Assembly (NCBI GenBank): GCA_030390025.1
Contig: CM059438.1
Location: 60,638,001-60,702,000 of the forward strand
DNA length: 64,000 nucleotides
Direction of reading: 5' to 3'
Source: Squalus acanthias
Taxonomy: Eukaryota
Shown here: positions 11,765-64,000 of the stretch, in pieces
Position numbering within the stretch: the first letter of the stretch is position 1
How the letters are laid out: every line of letters starts with the position of its first letter
The notes under the pieces: model-generated
The model's input: only the letters and a program-made list of their open reading frames with translations
What the model was told of the DNA's origin: nothing
Databases searched by the model: none
Made by a program: the position numbers and the translations under genes

Positions 11765-12142
11765 GTTTTAATTCATTCTTGGGATATGGGCATTGCTGGC
11801 AAGGTGGGCATTTATTGCCCACCCCTAGTAGGTGGTGGTGAGCCTTCTTCTTGAAGCGCCACCGTCGGTGTGGTGAAGGTACGCCCACAATGCTATTCAG
11901 GAGGGAGTTCCAGGATTTTGACTCCACGATGATGAAGGAACTGCGATATATGTCCATGTCAGGATGGTGTGTGACTTGGAGGTGGTGGTGTTTCCATGTA
12001 CCTGCTGCCCTTGTCTTTCTAGGTGGTGGAGGTCACGGGTTTGGGAGATGCTGTCAAAGAAGCCTTGGCGAGTTGGTGCAGTGCCTGCTGAGAATAATAC
12101 ACACGGCAGCCACGTTGCACCACTGGTGGAGGGAGTGGATAA
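11765..12142 (-). mobile_element. L2/CR1-group LINE 3' end (family ending RSFIVxGSKSWNSL...HHHLL)
   Basis: Same family as 23295-23480, 25655-26108 and 54185-54655. Confidence 0.75.
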
Positions 12143-12894
12143 TATCCTCCTCCTCCCCCCCATTCCAAAGATATTGGTCCCTCCCTGGGATAGAAGGATG
12201 TATTATTAATCTGCGAGCCTGCTAATAAGTGCAGGCAGGTTATTACACTGTGGGCAGCTCAATCCTGTCCTCATTGGATGTCCACACACACTTTCCATCA
12301 AGTCAGTGCAATCAGCAGGAGCAGAAACGCGCACCAGAGTTCCCCTTCTTATACCAGCACAGATAGCGATCGAACCTGGAATTTAGTGTCTCTATGTGGC
12401 TGTTACAGGGTATGATCTAATCGAGGGGTTTAGATAGTTTATATATTCACAATAATGGACACCCAGCAGAGAAATAGATTGGAATCAAATAGAGGGTTGG
12501 GATAGTTTATATACATATTAAAAAAATTTTACATCCGCATACATCCTGTTTACAAATCCTGTTGTCTCACTTTGCGTTAACTTTTTATTACATGGCCCTC
12601 CGGTGGCATCAATGTAGCCTCAGCTTTGCTCCTCAGTCTGTAATGGACAGGAACTCCTAAACTCCAACCAACTCTCCTCCTCTGCCTCCCAATTGCTGTG
12701 AAGCTTTGTTCTCGCTTCCAATAATAATATAAAATCAAAGTATTATATTAAAGCAAGGACAGAATGTACTACTTTAAAATGAGGATTGAATTGCATTGGC
12801 CCACCCTGGTCCAATTATCCCCCGGCTTCCAACTTCATTTTACCCAAGATTTGGTCTTAGATCGCCATGCGCAATGTCAAAGAGGGTTAACCGG

Positions 12895-13030
12895 TATATT
12901 AAAACCACCCAAGCCTCTCGATTAGATTCCAGCCTGTAACTCACTCCCAGGTATCCGTTATTCTATATAAAAACCACCTGAACACCTCAATTAGATTCCA
13001 GCCTGTACCTCACCCCCAGGTATTTGTGAC
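12895..13030 (-). repeat. ~68-bp repeat family (GGAGTGAGTTACAGACTGGAATCTAATCGAGGGG...), two units in reverse orientation
   Basis: Reverse complement of the units at 13428-13550 and 16904-17030; degenerate copies at 12410-12520. Confidence 0.75.
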
Positions 13031-13251
13031 AATTATGAAGCAGTTCTGGTTACTGTCTCTTTAAATCAGAGACAGGACAAGAGTTTTAAAGGAGACACCC
13101 ACATAGGCTCAGCCTACATTGTTAAATATGCTGTGAAGTTTGTTGTGGTTTTACTAGTCACTGGCTTAAGGAGTCAAATATAAATTCAAATATATACAGA
13201 CTTTGTGATTGGATGAGCTAATTTTTTTTGAATGAGGCTGGCAGTAGTAGT

Positions 13252-13362
13252 TATTATAAATTCCGATGTCCACATTTATAATGGAAACTGCCTATGCTTC
13301 TACTGGCAGAAGGGTGTAATTACAGCGTGACACGTTTACATAGGACATCAGAATTTATAATA
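13252..13362. mobile_element. Small palindromic MITE-like element
   Basis: Inverted ends TATTATAAATTCCGATGTCC (13252-13271) and GGACATCAGAATTTATAATA (13343-13362) match at 19/20. Related half-copies at 36158-36226 and 36935-37007. Confidence 0.65.
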
Positions 13363-13550
13363 GAAAAAGATAACAGGAAGTATGCACGGACCTAAGATTT
13401 TAATATATAGATACAGATATGTGTACACCTGGGAGTGAGTTACAGACTGGAATCTAATCGAGAGGTTCGGGTGGTTTATATATAGAATAATGGATAACCG
13501 GAGTGAGTTACAGGCTGGAATCTAATCAAGGAGTTAGGGTGGTTTATAGA

Positions 13551-16500
13551 ATCCTCAAAGGGGAAGGGGAACAATCACAAGTCGTGGTACACATCGGTAC
13601 CAACGACATAGGTAGGAGAAGGGACGGGGATTTAAAACAGGAATTTAGGGAGCTAGGTTGGAAGCTGAGAGCCAGTACAAACCACGTTGTAATTTCTGGT
13701 TTGTTGCCGGTGCCACGTGCTAGCGAGTTGAGGAACAGGGAGAGAGTGCAGATAAACACGTGGCTGCAGGGATGGTGTAGGGGGGAGGATTTCAGTTATG
13801 TGGATAATTGGAGCACATTCTGGGGAAGGTGGGACCTGTACAAACAGGACGGTTTGCACCTGAACCAGAGGGGCACCAATATCCTGGGAGGGAAATTTGC
13901 TACGGCTCTTCGGGGGGGTTTAAACTAATTTGTCAGGGGGATGGGAAAAAGGGCTGTAGTCCACGAGCCAGTGGTGAGTGTAGGGAGGTACTGAGGAGGG
14001 TATCAAGGTCGCAGGAATGTACCGGCAGACAGGAAGATGGCTTGAAGTGTGTCTACTTCAATGCAAGGAGCATCCGGAATAAGGTAGGAGAACTTGGAGC
14101 GTGGATTGGTACTTGGGACTACGATGTGGTGGCCATTACGGAGACATGGTTAGAACAGGGACAGGAATGGTTGTTGGAAGTTCCAGGGTATAGATGTTTC
14201 AGTAAGAGTAGGGAAGTTGGTAAGAAAGGTGGGGGAGTAGCATTGTTAATCAAGGATAGTTTAACAGCGGCAGAAAGGCAGTTCGAGGGGGATCTGCCGT
14301 CTGAGGTAATATGGGCTGAAGTTAGAAATAGGAAAGGAGCGGTCACGTTGTTAGGAGTTTTCTACAGGCCCCCAAATAGTAATAAAGATGTGGAGGAAGA
14401 AATTGCAAAGCAGATTATGAATAGGTGTGGAGGTCACAGAGTAGTTGTCATGGGTGACTTCAACTTTCCAAATATTGATTGGAACCTTTATAGGTCAAAC
14501 AGTTCGGATGGGATAGTTTTTGCACAGTGTGTGCAGGAGGGTTTCCTGACACAATATGTGGATAGGCCGACAAGAGGTGGGGCCACGTTGGATTTGGTAC
14601 TGGGTAATGAACCGGGCCAAGTGTTTGATTTGTATGTGGGAGAGCACTTTGGAGATAGTGACCACAATTCGGTAACTTTCACTATTGCAATGGAGAGGGA
14701 TAGGGCCATACGGCAGGGCAGGGTTTATAATTGGGGGAGGGGTAATTATGATGCGATTAGGCAAGAATTAGGGAGTATAAGATGGGAACAGAAACTATCA
14801 GGGAAAGGCACAAACGAAAAGTGGAGCTTTTTCATGGAGCAATTACTGCGTGTCCTTGATAGGTATGTCCCTGTCAGGCAGGGAGGAAATGGCCGAGTGA
14901 GAGAACCATGGTTCACAAAAGAGGTTGAATGTCTAGTCAAGAGGAAAAAGGAAGCGTATGTAAGGATGAGAAAACAAGGTTCAGTTGGGTCGATTGAGGG
15001 GTACAAGGTAGCAAGGAATGAGCTAAAAAAAGAGCTTAGGAGAGCTAGGAGGGGGCATGAGAAGTCCTTGGCGGGTCGGATCAAGAAAAACCCCAAGGCT
15101 TTTTACTCTTATGTGAGAAATAAAAGAATGACCAGGGTGAGGGTAGGGCCGGTCAAGGACAGTAGTGGGAACTTGTGCATGGAGTCAGAAGAGATAGGAG
15201 AGGTGATGAATGAATACTTTTCGTCAGTGTTCACCGAGGAGAGGGGCCATGTTCTTGAGGATGAGAGTGTGATAAAGGTGGATAGGCTGGAGGTGGTAGA
15301 TGTTCTGAGGGAAGATGTTTTAGCAATTTTGAAGAACCTGAGGGTCGATAAGTCCCCTGGGCCAGATGGGATATATCCTAGGATTCTTTGGGAGGCAAGG
15401 GAGGAGATTGCAGAGCCTCTGGCTTTGATCTTTGGGTCCTCACTGTCCACGGGGATGGTGCCAGAGGACTGGAGAGTGGCGAATGTTGTTCCTCTCTTCA
15501 AGAAAGGAAATAGGAATGACCCTGGTAATTATAGGCCGGTTAGTCTTACTTCGGTGGTTGGTAAGATAATGGAAAAGGTCCTGAGGGATAGGATTTATGA
15601 CCATTTGGAAAGGGGCAACTTAATCAGGGATAGTCAACACGGATTCGTGAAGGGTAAGTCTTGCCTAACAAATTTGATTGAATTCTTTGAGGAGGTAACT
15701 AAGTGTGTAGATGAAGGTAGAGCAGTTGATGTCGTATACATGGATTTTAGTAAGGCGTTTGATAAGGTTCCCCATGGTCGTCTCATGAAGTAAGGAGTTG
15801 TGGGATAGAGGGAAATTTGGCCGATTGGATAAGTAACTGGCTATCTCATAGAAGGCAGAGGGTGGTGGTGGATGGAACATTTTTGGACTGGAGACCAGTT
15901 ACCAGCGGTGTGCCACAGGGGTCGGTGCTGGGTCCTCTGCTGTTTGTGATTTTTATCAATGACTTGGAGGAGGGGACTGAAGGGTGGATCAGTAAATTTG
16001 CTGATGACACCAAGATTGGTGGAGTAGTGGATGAGGTGGAGGGCAGTTGTAGGCTGCAAAGAGACATTGATAGGATGCAGAGCTGGGCCGAAAAATGGCA
16101 GATGGAATTTAACCCTGATAAGTGCGAGGTGATTCATTTTGGTAGGGCAAATTTGAATAAGGATTACAGGGTCAACGGCAGGGTTCTGAGGAACGTGGAG
16201 GAGCAGAGGGATCTGGGGGTTCATATCCACAGATCTCTGAAGATTGCCACTCAAGTGGATAGAGCAGTAAAGAAGGCCTATGGTGTGTTGGTGTTTATTA
16301 ACAGAGGGTTTGAGTTTAAGAACCGTGAGGTTATGCTGCAACTGTACAGGACCTTGGTGAGACCACATTTGGAATATTGTGTGCAGTTCTGGTCACCTCA
16401 CTATAGGAAGGACGTGGAAGCATTGGAAAGAGTGCAAAGGAGATTTACCAGGATGCTGCCTGGTTTGGGGGGGGGAGGTCTTATGAGGAAAGATTGAGGG

Positions 16501-16903
16501 AGTTGGGGCTTTTCTCTTTAGAGCGGAGGAGGATGAGAGGCGACTTAATAGAGGTTTATAAGATGATGAGGGGGATAGATAGAGTGGATGTTCAGAGACT
16601 ATTTCCTCGGGTAGAGGCAGCTGTTACAAGGGGGCATAACTATAAGGTGCATGGGGGGAGATATAGAAGGGATGTCCGAGGTAGATTCTTTACTCAGAGT
16701 GGTTGGGGTGTGGAATGGACTGCCTGCTGTGATAGTGGAGTCGGACACTTTAGGAACTTTCAAGCGGTTATTGGATAAGCACATGGAGCACACCAGAGTG
16801 ATAGGGAGTGTGATAGCTTGATCTTGGTCTCAGACAATGCTCAGCACAACATCGAGGGCCGAAGGGCCTGTACTGTGCTGTACTGTTCTATGTTCTATGT
16901 TCT
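13551..16903 (+). mobile_element. Long, relatively young CR1 LINE: 3' part of ORF1 (SGNH esterase) plus nearly intact ORF2 (AP endonuclease + reverse transcriptase)
   Basis: ORF1: VVVHIGTNDIG...DGLHLNQRG. ORF2: YFNARSIRNK, VAITETWL, GDFNFP, SDHN, NYRPVSLTS, DFSKAFDKV, GVPQGSVLGP, KFADDTK. Frameshifts near 15790, 16470 and 16700. 3' tail (TTCTATG)n. Inserted in the 68-bp repeat. Confidence 0.96.
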
Positions 16904-17124
16904 AATGGATATCCGGGAGTGAGTTGCAAGTAGGAATCCAATCGAGGGTTTCGGGTGATTTATATATAGAATAATGGATATCCGGGAATTACAGACTGGA
17001 ATCTAATCGAAGGGTTTGGAAGGTTTATGCGTAATGTGCAGTGTGCATTTATTGAATGGAAATCACTGAGTCTGATACACAATCTGCTGGAAACATAAGT
17101 TAGAGACACCTCTTTACCAAAACA

Positions 17125-17130
17125 TTTATT
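17125..17130 (-). terminator. Candidate polyadenylation signal (AATAAA) for PRPF4
   Basis: TTTATT on + strand, ~700 nt after the PRPF4 stop and followed on the minus strand by a GU/U-rich tract. A second candidate lies at 17048-17053. Confidence 0.6.
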
Positions 17131-17829
17131 ATAAAAGCATCGCTAGAAAGAAGAGCCCCGTCACCCATGTGACTTATACAATACTGCACATATACAAACA
17201 GATTCCAGGGTCGTCACCGACACTGCTAGGCTCAGTGTTACATAGACAACCAGAGCGCTCAGACACATTTCAATCATTTCAGCTAGAGCGCTGCAGAATT
17301 TCTTTAATTCCAGGACCAGGAGCTGCCCAAAGCCGATCGAAGATGCTGCTGGGCACAGTTAACCTTTGACCGCAACTGTTGGTGTGCCAGGTTTGATCAG
17401 CGCTTCTGCTTGTGTTGTTTCTTTGAAGCAGTCAGTGCGAATGAGAAGGCAGCGAGGTACAGGAAGAATACAAACTTCTTTTTGGATGTAGAGAAGATCT
17501 CATTCAATGTCTGTTCCATATCAGGGTGGTGCTACTCCAGAGAGGCCTGTGAAGTAGGGCCAAGTCAAGTCATATAAACTAGAAACAATCAGCTCTTTTG
17601 TAAAATCAGGAGCTGGGAAGGCTCAAAAACCAAACAATTCTCAATAGTCCTGTCAATCACCAAGACAAAAGAACAGTGTGACTGACAACTGGGCATGTCA
17701 CTGTTTGGAACTGCTGAACTTGGTGACCAGCTGTCAGTGCTTTGGTTGCATGATTACCAGATGGTATCTCCCTCTCTCTCCTGCTACAGGTTAGGGATGG
17801 CCTGTAGTCAGTGCTCTGCTCCGTTCGGT

Positions 17830-58493
<40,664 letters not shown>

Positions 58494-58877
58494 TTTCGTA
58501 ATTTGGGATAGGATAACTGTGGGTGGGGAAAACTCGCAAAATTAAACAACTATTTTGACCAATGCTGAAAGATGAAAAAGACAGGGCGTTCAACTCTGAA
58601 CTAGGAGAACAAGTTTTAATCTGTATCTGTGTGCATCTGCATACTTGAATGAGAGGATCAGTCCTGGACAATTAAATATTTTCCTACTTTTCTTCACTCG
58701 GTGTTAGTATTAAGTCAGGTATAGCAAGAGCAAGGTGCAGAGTAACTGCCTTCCGAAATGGTCCAAAACACTCCCGGTATGGCAATAGATTAGATGCAGG
58801 GTAACGCTCCCCTTTCCTGCCCCAACAACATGTCTTAACCCCAGCCTTAGAAGACAATGGTCATGTTATGACCACTC

Positions 58878-59140
58878 TCCAGAACAAGGGGGGCATCATC
58901 TTAAAATTAGATTTAAGGAGTGAAATCAGGATGCACTTTTCCACACAAAGGGTAGTGGAAACCTGGAACTCTCGCCCTCAAAAGGCTTTTGAGACTCAGA
59001 TCGACAGATTTTTATTAGGTAAGGGTATCGAGGGATATGGAGCGAAGGCGGGTAAATGGAGTTGAGGTGCAGCTCAGCCATGATCTCATTGAATGGCAGA
59101 AGAGGCTCGAAGGGCTGAATGGCCTATTCCTCTTCCTATG
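58878..59140 (+). mobile_element. CR1 LINE 3' end
   Basis: HFSTQRVVETWNS; tail GGCCTATTCCTCTTCCTATG. Confidence 0.8.
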
Positions 59141-59652
59141 CTCTGGGTAGAAATTTTGTTCTAATTTGGGCTGAATGTGGGCAGTTTTTTTTTTAGGCTG
59201 TGGACTTTTGCACACTTGGAACTCAGTTGAGATTGCCCAAAGTTTTCAGGTAGAAACTTTACAACCGACAGAAACAACTTCCAATCTATCAATGAGTTGA
59301 TTCAGATCCAGAGCAACGAGGGGAAAGCACAGCATACTAACCCACGACACCACCTTACACTGTCTTACCCTCCCAACATTTTAATTTATACCAAGATTTC
59401 CTTTCAGTCTAATGTATTTTTGATGTCAACACATCTCTAGAATAGATGGCAATGTGTTTTCCAGGGCCATGGATCTAAAACCATACCACACCTGACTACA
59501 ACCTCCTAGAATCATACACATTCGTCCATCGTGCCTCTTTGATAGAGCTGTCCAATTAGTCCCACTTCCCAGATCTTTCCCCCATAGCCTGCAAATGTTC
59601 TCCTTTTCCAGTATCTATGCAATTCACTATTAATATTTTAACGAATTACTCA

Positions 59653-60090
59653 GGTGCCAGTCTTGGCTCAGTGGTAGCACTCTTGCCTCCAAGACAGAAA
59701 GTTGCAGGTTCTAGTCCCACTCCAAAGAATTGAGCACAGAATCTAGGCGGACTCCTCAGTGCCGTCTTTCGGATGAGTAGCTAAACCGAGGCCCCGTCTT
59801 CCCTCTCAGGTGGATGTAAAAGATCCCACGGCACTATTGGAACAAGAGCAGGGGAGTTCTCCCTGGTGTCCCGGCCGCTATTTATCCCTCAACCAACAAC
59901 ACTAAAAATCAGATTATCTGGTCATTATCTCATTGCTGTTTGTGGAAATTTGCTGTGTGCAAATTGGCTGCCGTGATTCCTACATTACAACAGTGACCGC
60001 GCTTCAGATGAACTTCATTGGCTGTAAAGCACTTTAGGACATCCTGAGGTCGTGAAAGACGCTATAGAAATGCAAGTCTTTCTTTTTCTT
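59653..60090 (+). mobile_element. DeuSINE (SacSINE1-like)
   Basis: TGGCTCAGTGGTAGCACTCTTGCC head, Deu core, tail AAATGCAAGTCTTTCTTT. Confidence 0.85.
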
Positions 60091-60654
60091 TCACAAGTCT
60101 TTTGTGACAAAAGATATTCCTCCAGGAGCAAAATAAAATGTATCACCACAGCTTAACATAAATACACTTTAAAGGCCAGTGCATGCACTCTTTGGAGACA
60201 GGGAAGTAAAACTTCACCATCCGAACAAAATTATATGAACATAATCAGGCCTTTTTTTTAAAAAAAGGGAGAACTTTATGGCTATGGCCATAGCGCAGCA
60301 CACCAGAGGTTGAAAAGAAACAAGATGACAATACAAATCAAGAAATAGCAGTTGGGAGACGCTATGGGTTCTTCAATCCTATAGCTGGTAAGTAGAAGGA
60401 AAGACTGAGTGTGGTAAGGAGCTGTAGTCTCTCGCGGTCCTGGGAAACAAGGTGAAACAGGAGACACTGCAATGAGTCTTGATTTCAACACGGGGAGCAG
60501 GAGGAATGTGTAGGATTGTGCATTTGGAGCTTCAGAGGAACAAGCAAAAAAACATTCATAGAAACAATGACCACAGTAGCATCAATAAAATGAAGAGAAG
60601 GGAGGCTGTGACAGAAGGTGGGAACAAAAGGATAGTAGAAATCTGGAACTCTCT

Positions 60655-60895
60655 CAACAACAACTTGTATTTATAGAGCGCCTTTAACACAGTAAAACAT
60701 CCCAAGGCGCTTCACAGGAGTGTTATAAAACAAAACTTGATACCGAGCCACATAAGGAGATATTAGGGCAGATAACTAAAAGCTTGGTCAAAGAGGTAGG
60801 TTTTAGGAGCATCTTAAAGGAGGAGAGAGAGGTAGAGAGACGAAGAGGTTTAAAGGAGGGAATTCCAGAGCTTCGGGCCCAGGCAGCTGAAGGCA
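60655..60895 (-). mobile_element. L2-like LINE 3' end inserted within a CR1 3' remnant (~60625-61040, +)
   Basis: Matches 21120-21375. The flanks AGTAGAAATCTGGAACTCTCT and GGAGATCGATAGATT are CR1-like. Confidence 0.7.
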
Positions 60896-61132
60896 AATAA
60901 ACAGTGCATGCTGGGATAATTGGAGCTTTCAAGATGGAGATCGATAGATTGTTGTTGGGTCAGGGAATCGAGGGAAACGGAGCTAAGTTGAGGTACAGGT
61001 CAGGTTCAAGGGACTGAATGATCTACTCGTGTTCCTAACTGCAAGGTGAAAGAAGGGCCGCCATCAGATTACTTTTTTTTCTTTTTAGCACAGGATGGAA
61101 GTGTGAAATTCTCCACTTTGGTAGGAAGAATG

Positions 61133-62121
61133 GAACATAGGAACAGGAGTGGGCCATTGAGCCCCTCGAGCCTGTTCCGCCAGTCAATGAGATCATGGCT
61201 CATCTACCTCCATATACCTGCCTTTGGCCCACATCCCTTAATACCTTTGATTAATAAAAATCTATCAATCTCAGATTTAAGATTAGCAATTAATCCAGCA
61301 TCAATTGACGTTTGCGGAAGAGTGTTCCAAATTTCTACCACCCTTTGTGTGTAGAAGTGTTTCCTAATTTCACTCCTGAAAGTCTGGCTCTAATTTTTAG
61401 ACTATGTCCCCTAGTCCTAGACTCCCCAACCATCGGAAATAGTTTCTCTCTATCGACCCTATCTGTTCACATTCATATCTTGAAAACTTCGATCAGATCA
61501 CTGCTTAACCTTCTAAATTCTAGGGAATACAACCCTAATTTGTATAATCTTTCCTCGTAATTTAACCCTTGAAGTCCGGGTATCATTCTGGTAAACGTAC
61601 ACTGCACTCCCTCCAAGGTCAATATATCCTTCCTAAGGTGTGGTGCCCAGAACTGCTCACTGTACTCCAGGTGTGGTCTAATTAGGGTTTTGTATAGCTG
61701 CAGCATAACTTCTACCCCCTTGTATTCTAGTCCTCTAGATATAAAGGTCAGCACCCATTAGCCTTTTTGATTATTTTCTGTACCTGTTCATGACATTCTA
61801 ATGATCTATGTACCCCAAGTCTCTTTGGACCTCCACTGTTTTTAGCTTTCCACCATTTAGAAAGCATCCAGTCCTATCCTTTTTAGGTCCGAAGTGGATG
61901 ACCTCACATTTGCCACAGTTTTGCCTATTCACTTAATCTGTCGATATCCCTTTGTAATTTTATGCTTTCAGCTGCACTGCCTACAATGCCACCTATCTTT
62001 GTTTTATCAGCCAATTTCGATATAAGGCTTTCTATGCCATCATCTAAGTCGTTAATAAATAGTGAATAGTTGAGGCCCCAACACAGATCCTTGCAGGACA
62101 TCACTAGTCACATCCTGCCAA
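61133..62121 (-). mobile_element. CR1 LINE 3' fragment
   Basis: GLEYKGVEVMLQLYKTLIRPHLEYSEQFWAPHLRKDIL; tail (TTCCTATG)n at the left end. Confidence 0.9.
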
Positions 62122-64000
62122 TTAGAACTTGCAGCACTCCGTTCTCTCAGATCCAACCCCAACATTGTCATTAAACCTGCTGACAAGGGTGGTGCTGTTG
62201 TTGTTTGGCGAACCGACCTCTACCTTGTGGAGGCTGAATGCCAACTCTCTGACACCTCCTCCTACCTCCCCCTGGACCATGAACCCACTGCCAAACATCA
62301 AACCATCGTTTCCAAGACTGTCACTGACCTCATCTCCTCTGGAGATCTTCCCTCCACAGTCGCCAACCTCAGTCCCCCAACCCCACACAGCCCGCTTCTA
62401 CCTCCTTCCCAAGATCCACAAACAGGACTGCCCTGGTAGACCCATCGTTTCAGCCTGTTCTTGTCCCATGGACAGATTTCTTCCTATCTCGACTATTTTT
62501 TCTCCTTGTCCAGTCTTTTACAATTCTTCTGACGCCCTCCACCACTAACAGTTTCCAGTTGCCTGGCCCCAGGATTGGACGTCCAATCCCTCTACACCTC
62601 CATTCCCACCACGACGTCCTGAGGGCACTCCGCATATTCCTTGAAGAGAGGCCCCCAACCAGTCCCCATCCACCACCACCCTCCTCTACCTGTCTGAACT
62701 TGTTCTCACATTAAACAACTTCTCCTTTGACTCCACTCCCTTCCTCCAAATTAAAGGTGTTGCTATGGGAACCCACATGGGTCCTAGCTATGCCTTCCTT
62801 TTCGTGGGATATGTGGAACATTCTTTGTTCCAGTCCCACTCATGTCACCTCCCTCACCTCTTTTTCCAGTACATTGATGACTGTATCGATGCCGTTTCCT
62901 GCTGTCGCCTGAACTAGAAAATGTCATTCAATTTGCTTCCAATTTCCACCCTTCCCTCACCTTCACATGGTCCATCTCCGACTCTTCCCTTCCTCGACTT
63001 CTCTGTCTCCATTTCTGGGGATAGGCTATCGATAAACATCCACTATAAGCCCGCTGACTCCCACAGCTACCTGGACTACACTTCCTCCCACCCCGCTTCC
63101 TGTAAGGACTCTATTCCATTCTTCCAGTTTCTCCGTTGCATCTATTCTGACGATGCCAGCTTCCATACTAGTGCTTCCTATATGTCTTCCTTTTTCCTCA
63201 ACCGAGGAGTCCCCTCTACCGTGATTGACATGGCCCTCAACCGTGTACGTTCCATTTCCCACACTTCTACTCTCACCCCTTCCCCTCTCTCTCAGAACCA
63301 CGATAGGGTTCCCCTTGTCCTCACCTTTCACCCCACCAGCCTCCACATTCAACGGATCCGCCATTTCCGCCACCTCCAGCGTGATCCCACCACCAAACAC
63401 ATCATCCCCTCCCCCTTCAGCATTCCGAAGGGACCACTCCCTCCGCAACACCCTGGTCCACTCCTCAATCACCCCCAATATCCCTTTCCCACGGCACGTT
63501 CCCGTGCAAGTGCAGGAGATGCAACACCTACCCTTTCACATCCTCCCTTCCAGGTGAAACAGCGATTTACTTGTACTTCTTGCAATTCAGTATACTGTAT
63601 TCGCTGCTCACGATGCGATCTCCTCTACATTGAGGAGACCAAACGCAGATTGGGTGACCGCTTTGCGGAACACATCCGTTCAGTCCACAAGCATGACCCC
63701 GAGCTTCCGGTCGCCTGTTACTTTAATTCTCCGCTCCACTCCCACTCTGACCTCGGCCTCTGACACTGTTCCAACGAAGCTCAACGTAAACTCGAGGAGC
63801 AGCACCTCATCTTTCAATTAGGCACTTTACAGCCTTCTGGACTCAACATAGAGTTCAACAGTTTCAGACCTTAACCTCTGCCCCTATTTTTTCACATGGC
63901 AGCTGTTGATGATTCTGCCAGTCCCATTTACACCTCTTCTAGACCCATATCTTTTGTTTCTTTACTTGCCCCATTACCATTTGCTTTGTATAATCATACC
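62122..64000 (+). mobile_element. Degenerate Penelope-like retroelement (RT + GIY-YIG endonuclease), 3' UTR runs off the window
   Basis: Frameshifted motifs IKPADKGGAVVV, RFYLLPKIHK, GVAMGTHMGPSYA, FQYIDD, PFLDFSV, FTCTSCNSVYCIRCSRC..LYIEETKRRL.DRFAEH; stop at ~63872-63874. Confidence 0.92.

Noticed and set aside
58517..64000. Searched for PRPF4 exon 1/promoter and the head-to-head neighbour CDC26
   Set aside because: No CpG island or CDC26-like coding sequence was recognised; the region is mostly repeats, so these probably lie beyond the window.

Overview
This is vertebrate genomic DNA. The repeat content (HE1-type V-SINE, SacSINE1-type DeuSINE, abundant CR1 LINEs, Penelope-like elements) points to a cartilaginous fish, probably a shark. 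Two convergent protein-coding genes are present. RNF183 (+ strand, single coding exon 4787-5356, 189 aa) is a RING-HC E3 ligase with a C-terminal TM helix. PRPF4 (U4/U6 snRNP Prp4, - strand) was reconstructed by hand as a complete CDS from 13 GT-AG exons between 58493 and 17830 (1521 nt, 506 aa); its first exon and promoter were not identified in the window. The tail-to-tail arrangement matches human 9q32. The rest is mostly transposons, often nested, plus four large tandem arrays (17, 31, 30 and ~30 bp units); the long ORFs in those arrays are repeat artefacts. The most notable observations are: (1) a minimal hammerhead ribozyme in a TSD-flanked Penelope fragment, sense to the PRPF4 pre-mRNA; (2) two arrays made of 5' splice-site-like motifs, one downstream of RNF183 and one starting ~50 nt after the PRPF4 exon-3 donor, where read-through meets an immediate stop; (3) a CR1 with a doubled 3' tail; (4) several MITEs, two of them with 8-bp TSDs. 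No prokaryote-type system or CRISPR array is supported. PRPF4 exon numbers follow the human gene, comparisons to human sequences are from memory, and repeat boundaries are approximate.
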